Shown here in pieces: positions 26,132 through 40,436 of a DNA stretch of 64,000 nucleotides (positions are counted from its first letter, which is position 1; each line of letters starts with the position of its first letter). The stretch comes from Octopus vulgaris. Its lineage: Eukaryota. The stretch spans positions 97,340,001-97,404,000 of the forward strand of contig OX597824.1 of assembly GCA_951406725.2 (NCBI GenBank), in the 5' to 3' direction. The position numbers and the translations under genes are program-made. The notes beneath the pieces were generated by a model. That model saw nothing but the letters and a program-made list of their open reading frames with translations, had not been told where the DNA came from and did no database searches.

Positions 26132-27552
26132 TATGGATGGATGGATACATGGAGAGATAAGCAGGCGATTTCTGTTTTTTCGTCTCGGTATAATGTTTGT
26201 TATAAATGTCCATCTCAAGTTTCTCTATATCATATTTAATATACTCGAAAATCGATTCTCCCTTACAAACCGTGCTGTTTGATAGTCTGCATTTCACAGT
26301 TAGTGAGACATAAAGAACTATTAAGTCCGTGTGTGCACATTATAGCAAGCGAGGATGTTTATTTCCTGTGAAATATATCGTTAATTCAGGTTCGATTCGA
26401 GATTTGGCCAACTCACCAAACTGTTAATATCAATATTTATTTTTATAGTTGCAACATATAATTTTTTTGTTCGCTGTTTCCCGCCTCTGATTTAGAACAA
26501 ATACACAAAATGAGATATTTGATGTTAATCGGAGTTTGAACTTATCAGTATAGTGTAGATATATATGCTGAAAATAAAATAACGAAGAGTTAAATAGTCT
26601 AGAGATGTAATTAATAGCAGCAAAGATATTTGTTTCAATACACACAATGATTATGTATGTTGTTGAAGATCAGTGATCAAACTAATTAAGCTCTAATGTT
26701 GATATAATATTGTAAATATGCATTCGAAAGATAATTAATAGCGCAGAAAAATCTTTAACTTCTTAACAACCAATACAGAATATAGAGTTTAAATGTACTT
26801 CGAGGTCTTCTATACGTATGCAGAAATATGATTCCTGTTGAGAAGCAGAGATGACACCAGTCAAATATTTGCGTAAACATCAATATGTTCTGCACTTCTA
26901 TTTCGAAAATTGATACGTCATTTCTGATAGATAAATTCATTTATTTTGACATTTAATAAACTTGCAGATTGTGTACAACAAATCATTCCAACAGATCGAA
27001 TTCAGACTTCGAAGTGGAAACTAAAATGGTGGCAGAGCTCCTATAAATTTACCATTAACAACTAAATGTACCTCCAGAAGTGGAGAGCTCCTTGGACCAT
27101 ATACAGCTATGAATATATATTGTTGTTTTTCTTGATATGTTATGAAACATACGAGTACAAATAACTATTTTACAGCTAAAACTAAAACAATTGACAGTTG
27201 GCATTCTGCATTAGACCGTTTTAAAGGGTGTATAGCTCTTAACTCTACTTCTCTTCCATTTATCCCCACTTCCTTCTTCGCTATCCCTTTCTATCTCTCG
27301 CTCTCTCTTGTGCGCGCATGTTTGCTGAATGTAAACTATTTCCCAAACTGTTACTTCCAGTCTCACATAACCAATCATCCTACAATTATCAGACAATTTC
27401 ATGAAGCTCGGAATACGGTTTCTTTGTTTTATTTTACTGTATTTTATTTTCATATATTTTAGTTGTAATTAACCATTGATATTCGAGCGCCATTTTCTAC
27501 TTCTTGTTTTCGCGCCTATGTGCTCCTGTGTTCATATTTATATAAATATACA

Positions 27553-27605
<53 letters not shown>

Positions 27606-27644
27606 TATATGTATGTATGTAATATATATATATGTATGTATGTA

Positions 27645-27698
<54 letters not shown>

Positions 27699-27734
27699 CT
27701 GTGTGTGTAATGTATACACGAGCACATAGCAGGA

Positions 27735-27771
<37 letters not shown>

Positions 27772-28189
27772 CACACATACATAGAAGCAAACATACTCAC
27801 TTACGGTCGTGGTCTTGTACACATGCACCCACGCACGCTCACGTCTTCACACTCACGTCAAGGATAGACAGAGACAGAGAGAGAGAATGGTACACAGCAT
27901 ATGATTTAGATTATATTATTGACTGCAGCTATATTATTTACCCACGGCTCAGGTTTCACTCCACTTTAATCTCCATCGTCATCATCATCATCATCGTCAT
28001 CACCAGCAACACTTCTTCTTTCGTCTCTTTCTCTCTCATAGGTATTTCTCTTCGTTCCCTTCCTACCATCACCGAATCTTATTTCACCTTACATATACCC
28101 AGTCCCCACCCGCATCTATTTACTTTCATACAAAAGTCATTTATTGCATCAGCGTAGAACCCCGAACACAGCATTAATAAAGCGCGTGC

Positions 28190-28322
28190 TGCGCTAAGAA
28201 ACCAGTTTCTCAACCTCAGAGTTCCGAGTTCAGTCCCAGGGTTCATCTGTTGGACAAGTAATTCAGCCAACCATACCGTTTCTAGTGAACTGAGGAAAGC
28301 AAAACCGAAAGAAGCTCGTCGT

Positions 28323-28363
<41 letters not shown>

Positions 28364-28690
28364 CGTGTGTGTGCATGAATATATACACACAAACTTGCTT
28401 CCCAACCACATGGTTCCAGGTTCAGTCCCATTGTGTGGCATCTTGGGTACATATATTCTACTTTAGCCTAGGGCCGACCTTATTTTTGGATTTGGTAGAC
28501 GGGAACTGAAAGAATCCCGACGTTATATATTTGTGTGTCTGTGCTTGTGCCCCCCGCCCCAGCACTTGACAACCGATGCTGGTGTGTTTATGTCCGCACA
28601 AAAGTGACCGGTAGAATAAGCACTAGGCTTACAAAGAATGAGTCCTGGAGCCAAATGGCCGCAGGCAAATGGCTGAAACAAGTAAAAGAA
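28190..28690 (+). mobile_element. Two tandem degenerate SINE family A copies
   Basis: Two heads (gagttcagtccc ~28226; caggttcagtccc ~28417) and one 3' tail ending gaaacaagtaaaaga. Confidence 0.7.
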
Positions 28691-28774
28691 TATCTATATG
28701 TGTGTGCGTGCGTGTGTGTGTATCTGTGTGTATGTGTGTGTGTGTGTATGTATCTATCTGTTTGTCTATATATT

Positions 28775-28832
28775 GAGTAATCTCTCGCCGTATCGTTGTT
28801 CACCTATCGCGCACTCAGTACATCGCGGATTT
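28775..28832 (-). mobile_element. Terminal fragment of the pogo-like MITE
   Basis: agtaatctctcgccgtatcgttgttcacctatcgcg matches the reverse complement of 10340-10392. Confidence 0.55.
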
Positions 28833-29619
28833 TATGGCTAATATATGTGATATATATATATATATACATATACACGTAAATACGCGAGAGAGACAGACAG
28901 ACCAGCAGACCGACTGAAAGACTTCTTTGAATTCTCTGTTACTCTGGTAACTGAATTAGCGACAATCTCCGCTGCCTGTAACCGTCAAAAGAATGGTAAA
29001 ACTGAGAATCATAAAAGTAAGAAGAATACATTTCCACAACAAATATTTATTCTTATACTTTGGATATTTCGGCTCTGAAAGATCCCTCATTAAGAATGCA
29101 TGAATATCCAGATGGAAGGTCAAATTGTAAACCTGGAGTTTGCCTTCCATTTTGTTGGCATTCCTTTACTTTGGACGTTTTGACGTCGAGGCTATCTCAA
29201 TCAAATTTCTCCCCATTTAAATAATACTTGAAACATACTACGATAACCTATTATATGTATATATGTGTGAGTGGTCTGTAAATACACACACACACACGCA
29301 CTTATGCACACTCACACATATATAGAGGGGAGGGAGATAATGAATATATACATGCGTATATGTGTATATATATACACACACACATAAATAGAAGCAGTTA
29401 TGTATATGTAGTATTTATATGTCTGTGTATATACATATATATATATATATATAAATACATAAATAAAAGAGTGGTGGGGTAGGGAGATAAATAATGTGGT
29501 GGATGTTTGTTTCTATGTTAAACATTCCCTCTCATTTTCTCTCTCTTTCATATATGCATGCATTTGTGAGTGTGTGTGTACACAGAGAGGAAAAAATAGT
29601 GAGAATGTCTAATATTGAA

Positions 29620-29659
<40 letters not shown>

Positions 29660-30176
29660 TTATGAAGGATGCAGTTGTCCAAATAAACGAGAGTAAATTA
29701 AATCGCACAAAACCGTTTACGATGTTGTAAGCAGACATGTTTTATGAGTCAATCAAATCGTTAAGTAGTAATTGATATATCGATATGTTTGTGGTGTATA
29801 ACGCAACAAAAACCTCATCGGAATTGGTAAGGGAACAGAATATTGATCTGAAGTGTATCCAGTGAGGAGGTTTGGCTGCTGCTGTTATAAGCCATAGATT
29901 CGCATCTACTCTACATTGATCGATCGATATCATGCAAAAGAAAGAAAGAAAGAAAAAAAGAATGTCGGGAAATATAAGAGAAAAAACAAAATGGAAGTTA
30001 CACGGGATTATCTGAATAAAGTACGTTATGAGAGAATGGGAGAAGAAAAGAATTTATACATACGTGTGTATATATGTGTGACTGGATACATACATATATA
30101 TATATGTGTGTGTGTGTGTATATACATGTGTATATATATGTGACTGTATACACATATATATATATGTGTGTATATA

Positions 30177-30216
<40 letters not shown>

Positions 30217-30279
30217 AATGTATGAATGTGTTTGTTTTACAATATTCCTAAAGTGAAAATGTGTGTTGAAACGGGTTAC

Positions 30280-30314
<35 letters not shown>

Positions 30315-30964
30315 GCTCAGAATGTATTTAATTGGCCAAAATATTACAATCCCCAAATATAACAATACATACACACACACATATATATATAATGTTTGTG
30401 TGTGTGTGTGTGTGTATGTATAAGGGTGTATTTATATATATGTATATATACGTATAAATATGTGTATATATGTGTTTATATACACACAAACATATGTATA
30501 TATATATAAAACAATATATACGAGTGTGTATGTGTGTGTATTGATAAATAGATAAACGGGTAGATAAACGGACAGACAGATAGATAGATAGAGAGGGAGA
30601 GAAAGAGTTATTATCTTAATATATCGTAATTTCTCTTTTCTAAGTCTCCACTCATTTCTCATATCAGTTACCTTTAGGCTACAACCATTGCTGGATCGAA
30701 GTTCATCACTGAAAGTTAATGAAACTCCCGTGCACTCTAATTAGTGTGTGCTCCCGCTGTTTGCAGTTCCTAAGCTGTTATGTTTCTAGTAATATATTTG
30801 CATTATTAGTTGCATTTGAGAGTTCATGTCTAATAACATGGATAACCTGACTAGGTTTTCCATTGATATCATGAACGTTATAACCAACCCGTCCCTTGGG
30901 GTATAGTAACGTTTAGAACGAATTAGCTTTGTCAAGCCCATCCGTTCTTGTTGCCTCTCTGCAG

Positions 30965-31031
30965 CAAATCTATTCAAATCCGCCCGTAGATTCCTCTTCA
31001 TTTCCGCAGCAGATCTGCTACGTATTTTCAG
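30965..31031 (+). other. Candidate 67-nt spliced exon (coding status unknown)
   Basis: Acceptor ttcttgttgcctctctgcag| and donor CAG|GTATGT in non-repetitive sequence; at least two frames open. Confidence 0.3.
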
Positions 31032-31258
31032 GTATGTTAAGTGAACCATTCACTGGAAGATAAATGTCTTCTGTTGTATAATATCTACTGCTATAACCAC
31101 GTTAGGCAACGAATTATCAATCTTCTGTAGCCATCGAGAAATGAAATTCATCTTGTTGCTCATGTAGCGAGATATACACACTCTCATACACTGGCATATG
31201 CATACATACACATATAAATACAGATACATACATATATGTTTACACAAACACATGTGTA

Positions 31259-31308
<50 letters not shown>

Positions 31309-32989
31309 ATATTTCGTTGGTTACTCCGCATTCATTGCTGGAAATGTTCAACGCACGGTTCTTAAGTATTTCATTAAAATAATTAGGAAAGAAGTTTTTA
31401 TTTATCTGTATGTATTTGTAATAAATTAATTTACTTTTCTTTTAAATTAACATTTATCATTTCTATAATAACATAAACGTTTTTCTTTTTCCTCATCGCT
31501 ATGTTTTGCTTCAGAAATTGAATCTAATAATAAATATATCCTCGAAGCATTTAACAAAAATAGATTAGAATGTCTGAAAAGATTAAAGAAACTTTCTTTT
31601 ATACTGTTCTTTCTTTTTCTTTTGGTTCGTTTATCAAAAATAGTTTAGCATTTTAAAACATTTAATATATAACTTCAAAAATTGATGCAGTTGATGCATG
31701 ACCGATGGCAGGATTCCTTACAGTTTTCATCAATCAAATTTTACTAAAATTTTAGCTTCCGACCCGGAGCTAAATTAGAATATATTACTTGCTCAAGTTA
31801 GCTCACACAGGGATTGAACCTGATGCGATGTATTTGCAAGCTAAACCTCCTCCCTACACTATCATGCCTCTATTTATTTCTGACCACCTTAGTAGCCCAG
31901 TTCCTCCCTAGTCAAAATTCTCTACGGAAACATCAACCTTCTTTTACAGTTCACAGTTTCGATAGGTCTCACCTATCGATTAGTGGTCCTCGTATATTCG
32001 TTGGGATTGTTAAGTCCTCAGCTCTGTCACTTTACAGAAGAGCGAATAAGAAATGTGTTCTGGCTAGGACCATGTAGTCTTTGTCTGGACTCCATGAACA
32101 CTCTAGGATTGAATGTGGTTTGAGGGAGTTTCCGTTATTATTTCAGTAGGGTAGGTCTCAACGGCTTCGTTGAGGACTCCCTCGTTGGTCAGTGAAGATG
32201 GTGACAGCATTGTTGCTTACGCTGATTTTCACAAAGCCACCACTGATGCTGCTGACATATAACCAGAATTCCTGCTGTTATCATGGCGTCTTTACTGGAA
32301 AGAAAATGTATCGAGTTGCTAAATTACTTTTTAACGATATGAGGTAGAATTGTTCACTATTTCTAGCAAAATAGGTGACCTCATACAGTCTCTATCTTTA
32401 TTACACAATGTTTTGTTTGTGTTGTTACATTTGTTTAGCACGAGAAAAGCCGAGACTGAGCAACTTATTATCAAAAGCAATCCATTCATAACCATCTTGT
32501 CTTAACAGATTCACTGCAAATGACCGCATGTGGGATCCATGATTGACATGCTAATCATTGTGTTGGTGGTGTTTCTGTTAGAGTTTGAATTAGCCTTCAT
32601 AGTTTGAATTAACAGACTGAAGATGAAAAGCTATTCAGCAATGACGAGCCTACCCTTCTCCCAGAGATGGTGTATCTAGGGTTAAATTATCCAGTACACC
32701 TTCCCGTTTAAATAGAGTAGGATAATCCTTAAGGAAAACGTAACTGCTATTTCTAGCAGGTTGAATGACAAATTAAATAATCCATCCTGAATGATATTTG
32801 GCTTTTGGCAGAAGGATATTTTTTCAGGAGGTTGGCGTGTAACTTATAGCCTGATCTGGCACTTAAAGATGGAAATCAGAAGGTGTTTGAGATTGCATAT
32901 ATACATACTTAAATACAGACAGGTGAAAAATTTGTGTGAAAGAAGATGAAAGCATAAACCATCCCTTGAGTAAAAGTACGAACCATAAA

Positions 32990-33425
32990 AATATTTATAT
33001 ACATAAAGGCATTCATTGAGAGTTTTGTTCGGAGTGAAAGTAACAGGAAAATGGTATGAATATGAGCTGGAGGTTGTGATAGAGAATTAGGATTTTAGGA
33101 TTTTAGGGGATATTTCACCACAAAGACTGAGAAGATATTATAGAAGGCAAAAGAAACAAATGCTTTAAAATCTTGGACTTTGCAATGCCAAATGATGATG
33201 GAATGGATATCAAAGAGAAATCAGGATCTAGCAGAGAGAGATGAAGAGATCATGCAAGACTAAAGCGACAATTATTCTTGCGGTATTTGGTGCAGTTGGT
33301 GCAACGCACAAACCGTCAAGAGACCGAAAGATATCGGAATTGAGATTCGCATTGTCAGCATTCAGAAGAATGGCAATCCTATAATTTGCAAGAATATCAA
33401 GAAATATTCCTGAGATTTGAGAAGA
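32990..33425 (+). mobile_element. Degraded R4/Dong-like RLE fragment
   Basis: KWYEYELEVVIEN*DFRIL...ILDFAMPNDDGMDIKEK; followed by (AAT/GAT)n. Confidence 0.65.
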
Positions 33426-33619
33426 CGTGTCGTCACCAGACCTCAAGATAACATCCCTCCTGAGTAATATAGCATGTAATAATAATGATAATAGTGATGA
33501 TGACGATGATGATGATCATCATAATAATAATGATAGTAAGATCACGAGACTATTATATACAGTGCTCGGCAGGACTACACCTGTCTATTTATATATCTGT
33601 CAGTTTCTCTATCTGTCTG

Positions 33620-33700
<81 letters not shown>

Positions 33701-33704
<4 letters not shown>

Positions 33705-34194
33705 AAAGGTTTGAAAATGCAATTTAAACGATGTTTATTTACTTAACCGGTTTCACTCTTTGGTAAAAGATTGTCAAAAGTAACATTGAATATTATGGGT
33801 TCAAAAAAAGTTTTTTACATAATTGTCACATTGAATATTATGAATTCAAAAATGTTTTTTTATACATAATTGTCACATTACATGTATAAATATAGTATAA
33901 AAAAGTTCAATAGTGTGATGAGAATATTTGGAAAAATTGGCAGAAAAGAATAAAACAAATATATTATTGGAAATTTGGTTGCGTTAATTATTGGTTGTCG
34001 CAAATTGTCACATTACATGTATATATATACAGTCTTTGGTAGAAAGGACATGTTAAAGACATAAGGAAGTGTAATAGTTTGGTGAGAAAGCTTGTAATAT
34101 TGACAGAGAAAATTAAAATGGATATTTTAGACATCTCAGAATATTTTGAATCGAAGGCGAGAATTTGTTTTTTACTGACCTGTTTGTTTTAGCA
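33701..34194 (-). repeat. Left arm of ~490-bp near-perfect inverted repeat (pLTR)
   Basis: Reverse complement of 36087-36578; only a 1-bp indel noticed by eye. Confidence 0.95.
33739..33783 (-). ncRNA. Minimal type I hammerhead motif, U3-A8 core variant
   Basis: Exact reverse complement of 36496-36540. Confidence 0.65.
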
Positions 34195-34339
34195 GAAAAG
34201 TTGAATTGAGAGAAAAAAAGATATGTACCCAGTTTGGTTTATACTTCCCCTTCAAGCATCAGTGATTTTGGGGTTATTGGGAGGTGAGTATGCGGGTGTG
34301 AATAGATGTGTCCGTGTGCCTGCTAGTCAGACAGCGTCT

Positions 34340-34543
34340 GTTTGTCACACACATATATACACACACACACAACAACAATACACACACACACATAGTATAC
34401 AAACACACACCACATACACACAACACACACACACAGAACACACACACACACAACGCACCCACATATATAATATATACACACAGCACACAAATATAACATG
34501 TATTTATATATAATATACACACATATATAACACATACTCACAC

Positions 34544-34580
<37 letters not shown>

Positions 34581-35620
34581 CACACGCACACATATATACA
34601 TAATATAAATATCACATACAATACACATACACAGCATGTATATAATACACATACACAATATATGCATGCAATATACATACGCAATACATACATATAATAT
34701 ATATATATATAGACAATGCATATACATATATACATATATACATATAAATAGTGTTTACATACACATACATAGATATACCACATATACACACAATATACAT
34801 ACATACAATGCATACACATACACGTACGCATACATATAATATATATAGACACACACACACATAACATACATACACAATGCATATATATATATACACGCAA
34901 CGTATATACATGTATTCATGTATATATAGCACACCTACAATATACATATATACAATGCACACATACACACATATATACACTTAATTGTACACATACATAT
35001 ACAATACACATACATACAATATACATATACACAATGCGCATGCAAATAATGCACATGTCTATACACACATATACATGAAAATATATATACACACACACAT
35101 ATATATATATACACATATATATATATATACATATACATACATACATACATGCACATACATATATTTTTTCACACACATATACACACATATATATATAAAA
35201 TTCACACACACAAAATACAAACCTATTGCGTACACACTCAAATATATCTCTACATACCGCACACACACACAAACAATGTACTCACATATACACACATACC
35301 ATGCATATACACACACAACACACACACACATATATATATATATAAAAACAAATACACATGTAAATACATACACACGTACACAATGCTGACACACACACAC
35401 ACACATACACACACACACGCACACAGTGCACACACACACACACATATATACACACGTGCACACACACACACAACGCGCACACACACACACATACACACAC
35501 GCATACAGTGCACACACACACACACATACATATACACACGCGCACACACACACACAACGTGCACACTCACACACACACACACAACACTCACACACATACA
35601 TAACCTACATATATATAATG
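34340..35620. repeat. Degenerate CA/TA-rich low-complexity tract inside the Penelope-like element
   Basis: Lies between the ORF stop region and the pLTR. Confidence 0.9.
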
Positions 35621-35769
35621 CATGCGTGTGCGTGCCACGTATGTGTGCGGTCAGTGCCCGCTAGTGTGTCCTATGCGTGCCGATGCGCGCATGTGCCCGC
35701 CCGCACGATATGCTGTGAGTGTGCGCGTGCCCCTGTGTGCTTGCTCTGGATGTGTGCCCAGGGGGTATG

Positions 35770-36087
35770 TTAGAGTATGTTTAGTTGTGGTCTGTATTTT
35801 TGAATAAGATTACTTTCCTTATTTATTCGTGTTTGGTCTGTGGTGTTGTCCGAGCATTGGTATAGTGGGAAGACTAAGAATTTGGGGGACTTATCGTGTG
35901 CACAAAGGTCTAAGTGTCCACTTAGTGGTATCTGTCTTGTGGAGGGGTCCCTCAGTTGTTGTCGGTGAACTGTCATTCTTTCTCTGAGGGTAAGGCTCGT
36001 TTGCCCTATGTAGTCTTCGTGGCATCCTTCACACCTTATGACGTAGAGTAAATTTTTTGATGCGCACGTGAAATTATTTTTTATGAT
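35770..36087 (-). CDS. GIY-YIG endonuclease domain of a Penelope-like retroelement (5'-truncated ORF end)
   Basis: Uninterrupted frame IIKNNFTCASKNLLYVIRCEGCHEDYIGQTSLTLRERMTVHRQQLRDP...HLDLC...RINKESNLIQKYRPQLNIL*, with LLY-CxxC-YIG, the conserved R/H and terminal E...LN. Confidence 0.85.
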   Translation of the reverse strand: MIKNNFTCASKNLLYVIRCEGCHEDYIGQTSLTLRERMTVHRQQLRDPSTRQIPLSGHLDLCAHDKSPKFLVFPLYQCSDNTTDQTRINKESNLIQKYRPQLNIL

Positions 36088-36578
36088 GCTAAAACAAACA
36101 GGTCAGTAAAAAACAAATTCTCGCCTTCGATTCAAAATATTCTGAGATGTCTAAAATATCCATTTAATTTTCTCTGTCAATATTACAAGCTTTCTCACCA
36201 AACTATTACACTTCCTTATGTCTTTAACATGTCCTTTCTACCAAAGACTGTATATATATACATGTAATGTGACAATTTGCGACAACCAATAATTAACGCA
36301 ACCAAATTTCCAATAATATATTTGTTTTATTCTTTTCTGCCAATTTTTCCAAATATTCTCATCACACTATTGAACTTTTTTATACTATATTTATACATGT
36401 AATGTGACAATTATGTATAAAAAAACATTTTTGAATTCATAATATTCAATGTGACAATTATGTAAAAAACTTTTTTGAACCCATAATATTCAATGTTACT
36501 TTTGACAATCTTTTACCAAAGAGTGAAACCGGTTAAGTAAATAAACATCGTTTAAATTGCATTTTCAAACCTTTTTTC
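36087..36578 (+). repeat. Right arm of inverted repeat (inverted pLTR at the 5' truncation point)
   Basis: Begins exactly where the GIY-YIG frame is truncated. Confidence 0.95.
36496..36540 (+). ncRNA. Minimal type I hammerhead motif, U3-A8 core variant
   Basis: ttactt-TTGACAA-tcttttaccaaagagt-GAAA-CCGGT-T-aagtaa: 6-bp stem I, stem II with U.U at its base, palindromic stem III ACCGGT. Confidence 0.65.
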
Positions 36579-36615
36579 ATATATAATCCCACTTGTGCGA
36601 TACCCCACAACTCAA

Positions 36616-36706
<91 letters not shown>

Positions 36707-36785
36707 TTGTATGTATCTCATGTTGCTTACTGTTGGTGACTTCATGTATCCATTTATGCACATGTGTATATATATTAAATATATT

Positions 36786-36849
<64 letters not shown>

Positions 36850-36850
<1 letters not shown>

Positions 36851-37065
36851 CGTAACTACATGTGGATCGTTGGCGATTGTTTCTCTCCGTCTTCCTTTTC
36901 TCTTGGACTTTCCTCTGTCTCCTGTTTCCGACGGGGAACTGTGCTCGAAACGCAAAACTACCTTATTTTCCTTCTCTGAGCGTCTTATTAATACTTTGCA
37001 CGTACCACATCTCGGTGTTCTTGATTTTTTCTTGTGTTTTTTCTTCGTTCTTTTTGGGATTATTT
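36850..37065 (+). mobile_element. Probable Penelope-like terminal fragment with decayed hammerhead motif (36924-36958)
   Basis: gttt-ccgacgg-ggaactgtgctc-GAAACGCA-aaac; embedded in (TA)n on both sides. Confidence 0.45.
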
Positions 37066-37637
37066 ATATATATATATACACACAGATAGATAAATAATAT
37101 GTCAGTTCTCCTCGTCCAAGTAACAGTCAATATCCAATTTCTAAAAGCTGACCCTGTAACTTATCGACAGCCTCCTACCACCGTTCTTCCCACTCTTCAT
37201 ATCGTTCGTTGCTCGTGCCACTGTGATTACTGTTTATCATATCACACTTATCACTAATAATGATTCACTTCATATTTCACTGACTGCATATATCCATTGA
37301 TAGAAATATATAGAACCAACCGCCACAAATATATATGTTCCGCCCTTGCTATTATTTTATGTATTTTGTGGTCTGTTTGCTTTTGTTTATATATTTATTT
37401 TTACCGCAACTGTTCCGTTCCCAATAAAATACAGAACGTGGTTATTTATTCCAGCGGCTTCTTCCATAAATGACATAATTATAGTGGACAATGATGGTGT
37501 CTAATGTACTAATACTCTTCGTTCAACTGTATCGGTAATGTCAATATATATGTATATGAGTGTGTGTGTGAGTTTATATATATATATACACACACATATT
37601 CATATCATACGTATATGTATACTATAAAACATATATA

Positions 37638-38389
<752 letters not shown>

Positions 38390-38391
<2 letters not shown>

Positions 38392-38806
38392 CGCAGAGTG
38401 GCTGTGTGGTAAGTAGCTTGCTAACCAACCACATGGTTCCGGGTTCGGTCCCACTGCGTGGCATCTTGGGTAAGTGTCTTCTGCTATAGCCCCGGGCCGA
38501 CCAATGCCTTGTGAGTGGATTTGGTAGACGGAAACTGAAAGAAGCCTGTCGTATATATTTATATATATATATATGTGTGTGTGTATGTGTTTGTGTGTCT
38601 GTGTTTGTCCCCCTAGCATTGCCTGACAACCGATGCTGGTGTGTTTACATCCCCGTCACTTTGCAGTTCGGCAAAAGAGACCGATAGAATAAGTACTGGG
38701 CTTACAAAGAATAAGTTCCGGGGTCGATTTGCTCGACTAAAGGCGGTGTTCCAGCATGGCCGCAGTCAAATGACTGAAACAAGTAAAAGAGTAAAAAGTA
38801 AAGAGT
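38390..38806 (+). mobile_element. SINE family A (tRNA head, CORE-like segment, internal SSR, CR1-like tail), full length
   Basis: A box tggctgtgtgg, B box gggttcggtccc, ggcatcttgggtaagtgtc (CORE-like), internal (TA)n(TG)n, tail ...gactgaaacaagtaaaagagtaaaaagtaaaga. Confidence 0.9.
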
Positions 38807-38863
38807 ATATATATATATGGAGTGAGAGAGAGACAAAGACAAAGCGAGACATACATACATATA

Positions 38864-38897
<34 letters not shown>

Positions 38898-38964
38898 CAT
38901 ACATACATACATACATACATACATAGGGTCATAAATGAATACATAGGCATGTATGCATGTATGT

Positions 38965-39960
38965 TGTCTTTTTCATTTAATTTCGATAGATGTCCTCTTG
39001 CATTTTTCTATATTACTCTCCTGACGGCTGCTGATTTCCACGACTTACTTTTTCTTTGTGATCCCAGACAACATTATCTGGCCAGTTGTGGTTTTAAGGG
39101 AGTGACTGTTTTAATTCTTAAGGTCCATCAATATTCTTTTGGTCCATCGGTCTCAATAGAGTCCACTTTGTCCGTCCAAGACTGTCCTGGCCATCGCACC
39201 ATTATCTCATAGAAAGATAATATCATTTTGTAGCATTTGGCAACAATGTGGTTGATGACTTCAATCTTAGTTTTGCACAACCTACATCTGTTGCCCATCA
39301 ATGTTATCTGCTTTGAAAGCTGCAAATATTTGGTGGCTGACGTCATTTTCTTCAATTGGAGGCAGGTTGACTTCGAAGTGGGACCTCATAAACTTGTTAG
39401 TACTCCATGCTAAGTATTTTGATATTATCAATTCCACCTATGATTTGTCTTTTGTACCACGCACCTATTTATTACCTTCTCAGTGAAACGGTCCACTTTT
39501 TTTACATTTTGTTCTTTTGATAAATAGAAGTTACAAATGTTACATGGAGAGAGAGATATATCAGCTTTTATTTCATATCACTCCTTAAGTTCATTGACAA
39601 TCCTGATTATGTTTTTGATTATTTTGTGGTCCCAAACTCGAGCAAGATGTTTCCTGGTCTCCTTCCTCTGCTGCAGATGTAGCATTTTCACAATACGTGC
39701 TTCATATGACATCAATACAGATTTGCGACAATGACCACCATCCTTGCGTGGCATGTATAGCCTAGCTACGTGCCCATTGCCGTTGAAGTTTCCTGTAATA
39801 AGGAAGAGCTTGCGTGTTCCATCACGTATCTGAGTTCTTGTAGTGTATAGTTGAGAAGGCCAAATGTGGTTGTGAGGACAGGGACTGCAAAAGTGTCGTA
39901 AGCAATATACCTGTAGTAAGCTGAGGGCTCAGACGACCATACTTCTTTATAGATTTTTTA
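38965..39960 (-). mobile_element. R4/Dong-like LINE fragment (RT thumb, CCHC knuckle, RLE start), pseudogenised
   Basis: AVPVLTTTFG...RLYMPRKDGG...CRLCKTKIEVINHIVAKC...PDNVVWDHKEK...EKDN, with frameshifts. Confidence 0.8.
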
Positions 39961-40376
39961 CCCTCCTGAAGGGCTCCTTCCTCGCCCTTTCCTTATTGAG
40001 TGACGTAGCTGACAGCCTCTCTTTATGGGACCGACATAGCTGACATGCAAATGCTTTCCAAGATATTTGTAATATCCTCAATTACTCGCATTAAATCATG
40101 TTGGAAAATATATCTTAGCGTAATTAGTCTTCTTATATAAACAGTAGATACGTAGATACAGACACGCATGCGTACACAGGCATACTTACATCTTTCACAC
40201 ACACAGACAGACACACACACTCATAATATATATGAAGAAATAAAGGAGAGAGTGAGTGAGTGGGTGGAGAGAAGGAAAGCCTAATTATGCAGCGGACATG
40301 CAGGAATGTGGAAATGGTTGTATCCTTTTGTGTAGATTTGGAATTATGTATACTTCTGCTAACATGTGTAAGTACG

Positions 40377-40379
<3 letters not shown>

Positions 40380-40436
<57 letters not shown>

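Larger units (their letters stand above)
33701..36578 (-). mobile_element. Young 5'-truncated Penelope-like element with inverted pseudo-LTR copy
   Basis: GIY-YIG C-terminus, ~1.3-kb CA-rich tract, and ~490-bp terminal segment 33701-34194 repeated in inverted orientation at 36087-36578; flanked by (TA)n. Confidence 0.85.

Noticed and set aside
30786-31049. 87-aa minus-strand ORF
   Set aside because: No recognisable domain; splice signals favour the opposite strand if anything.
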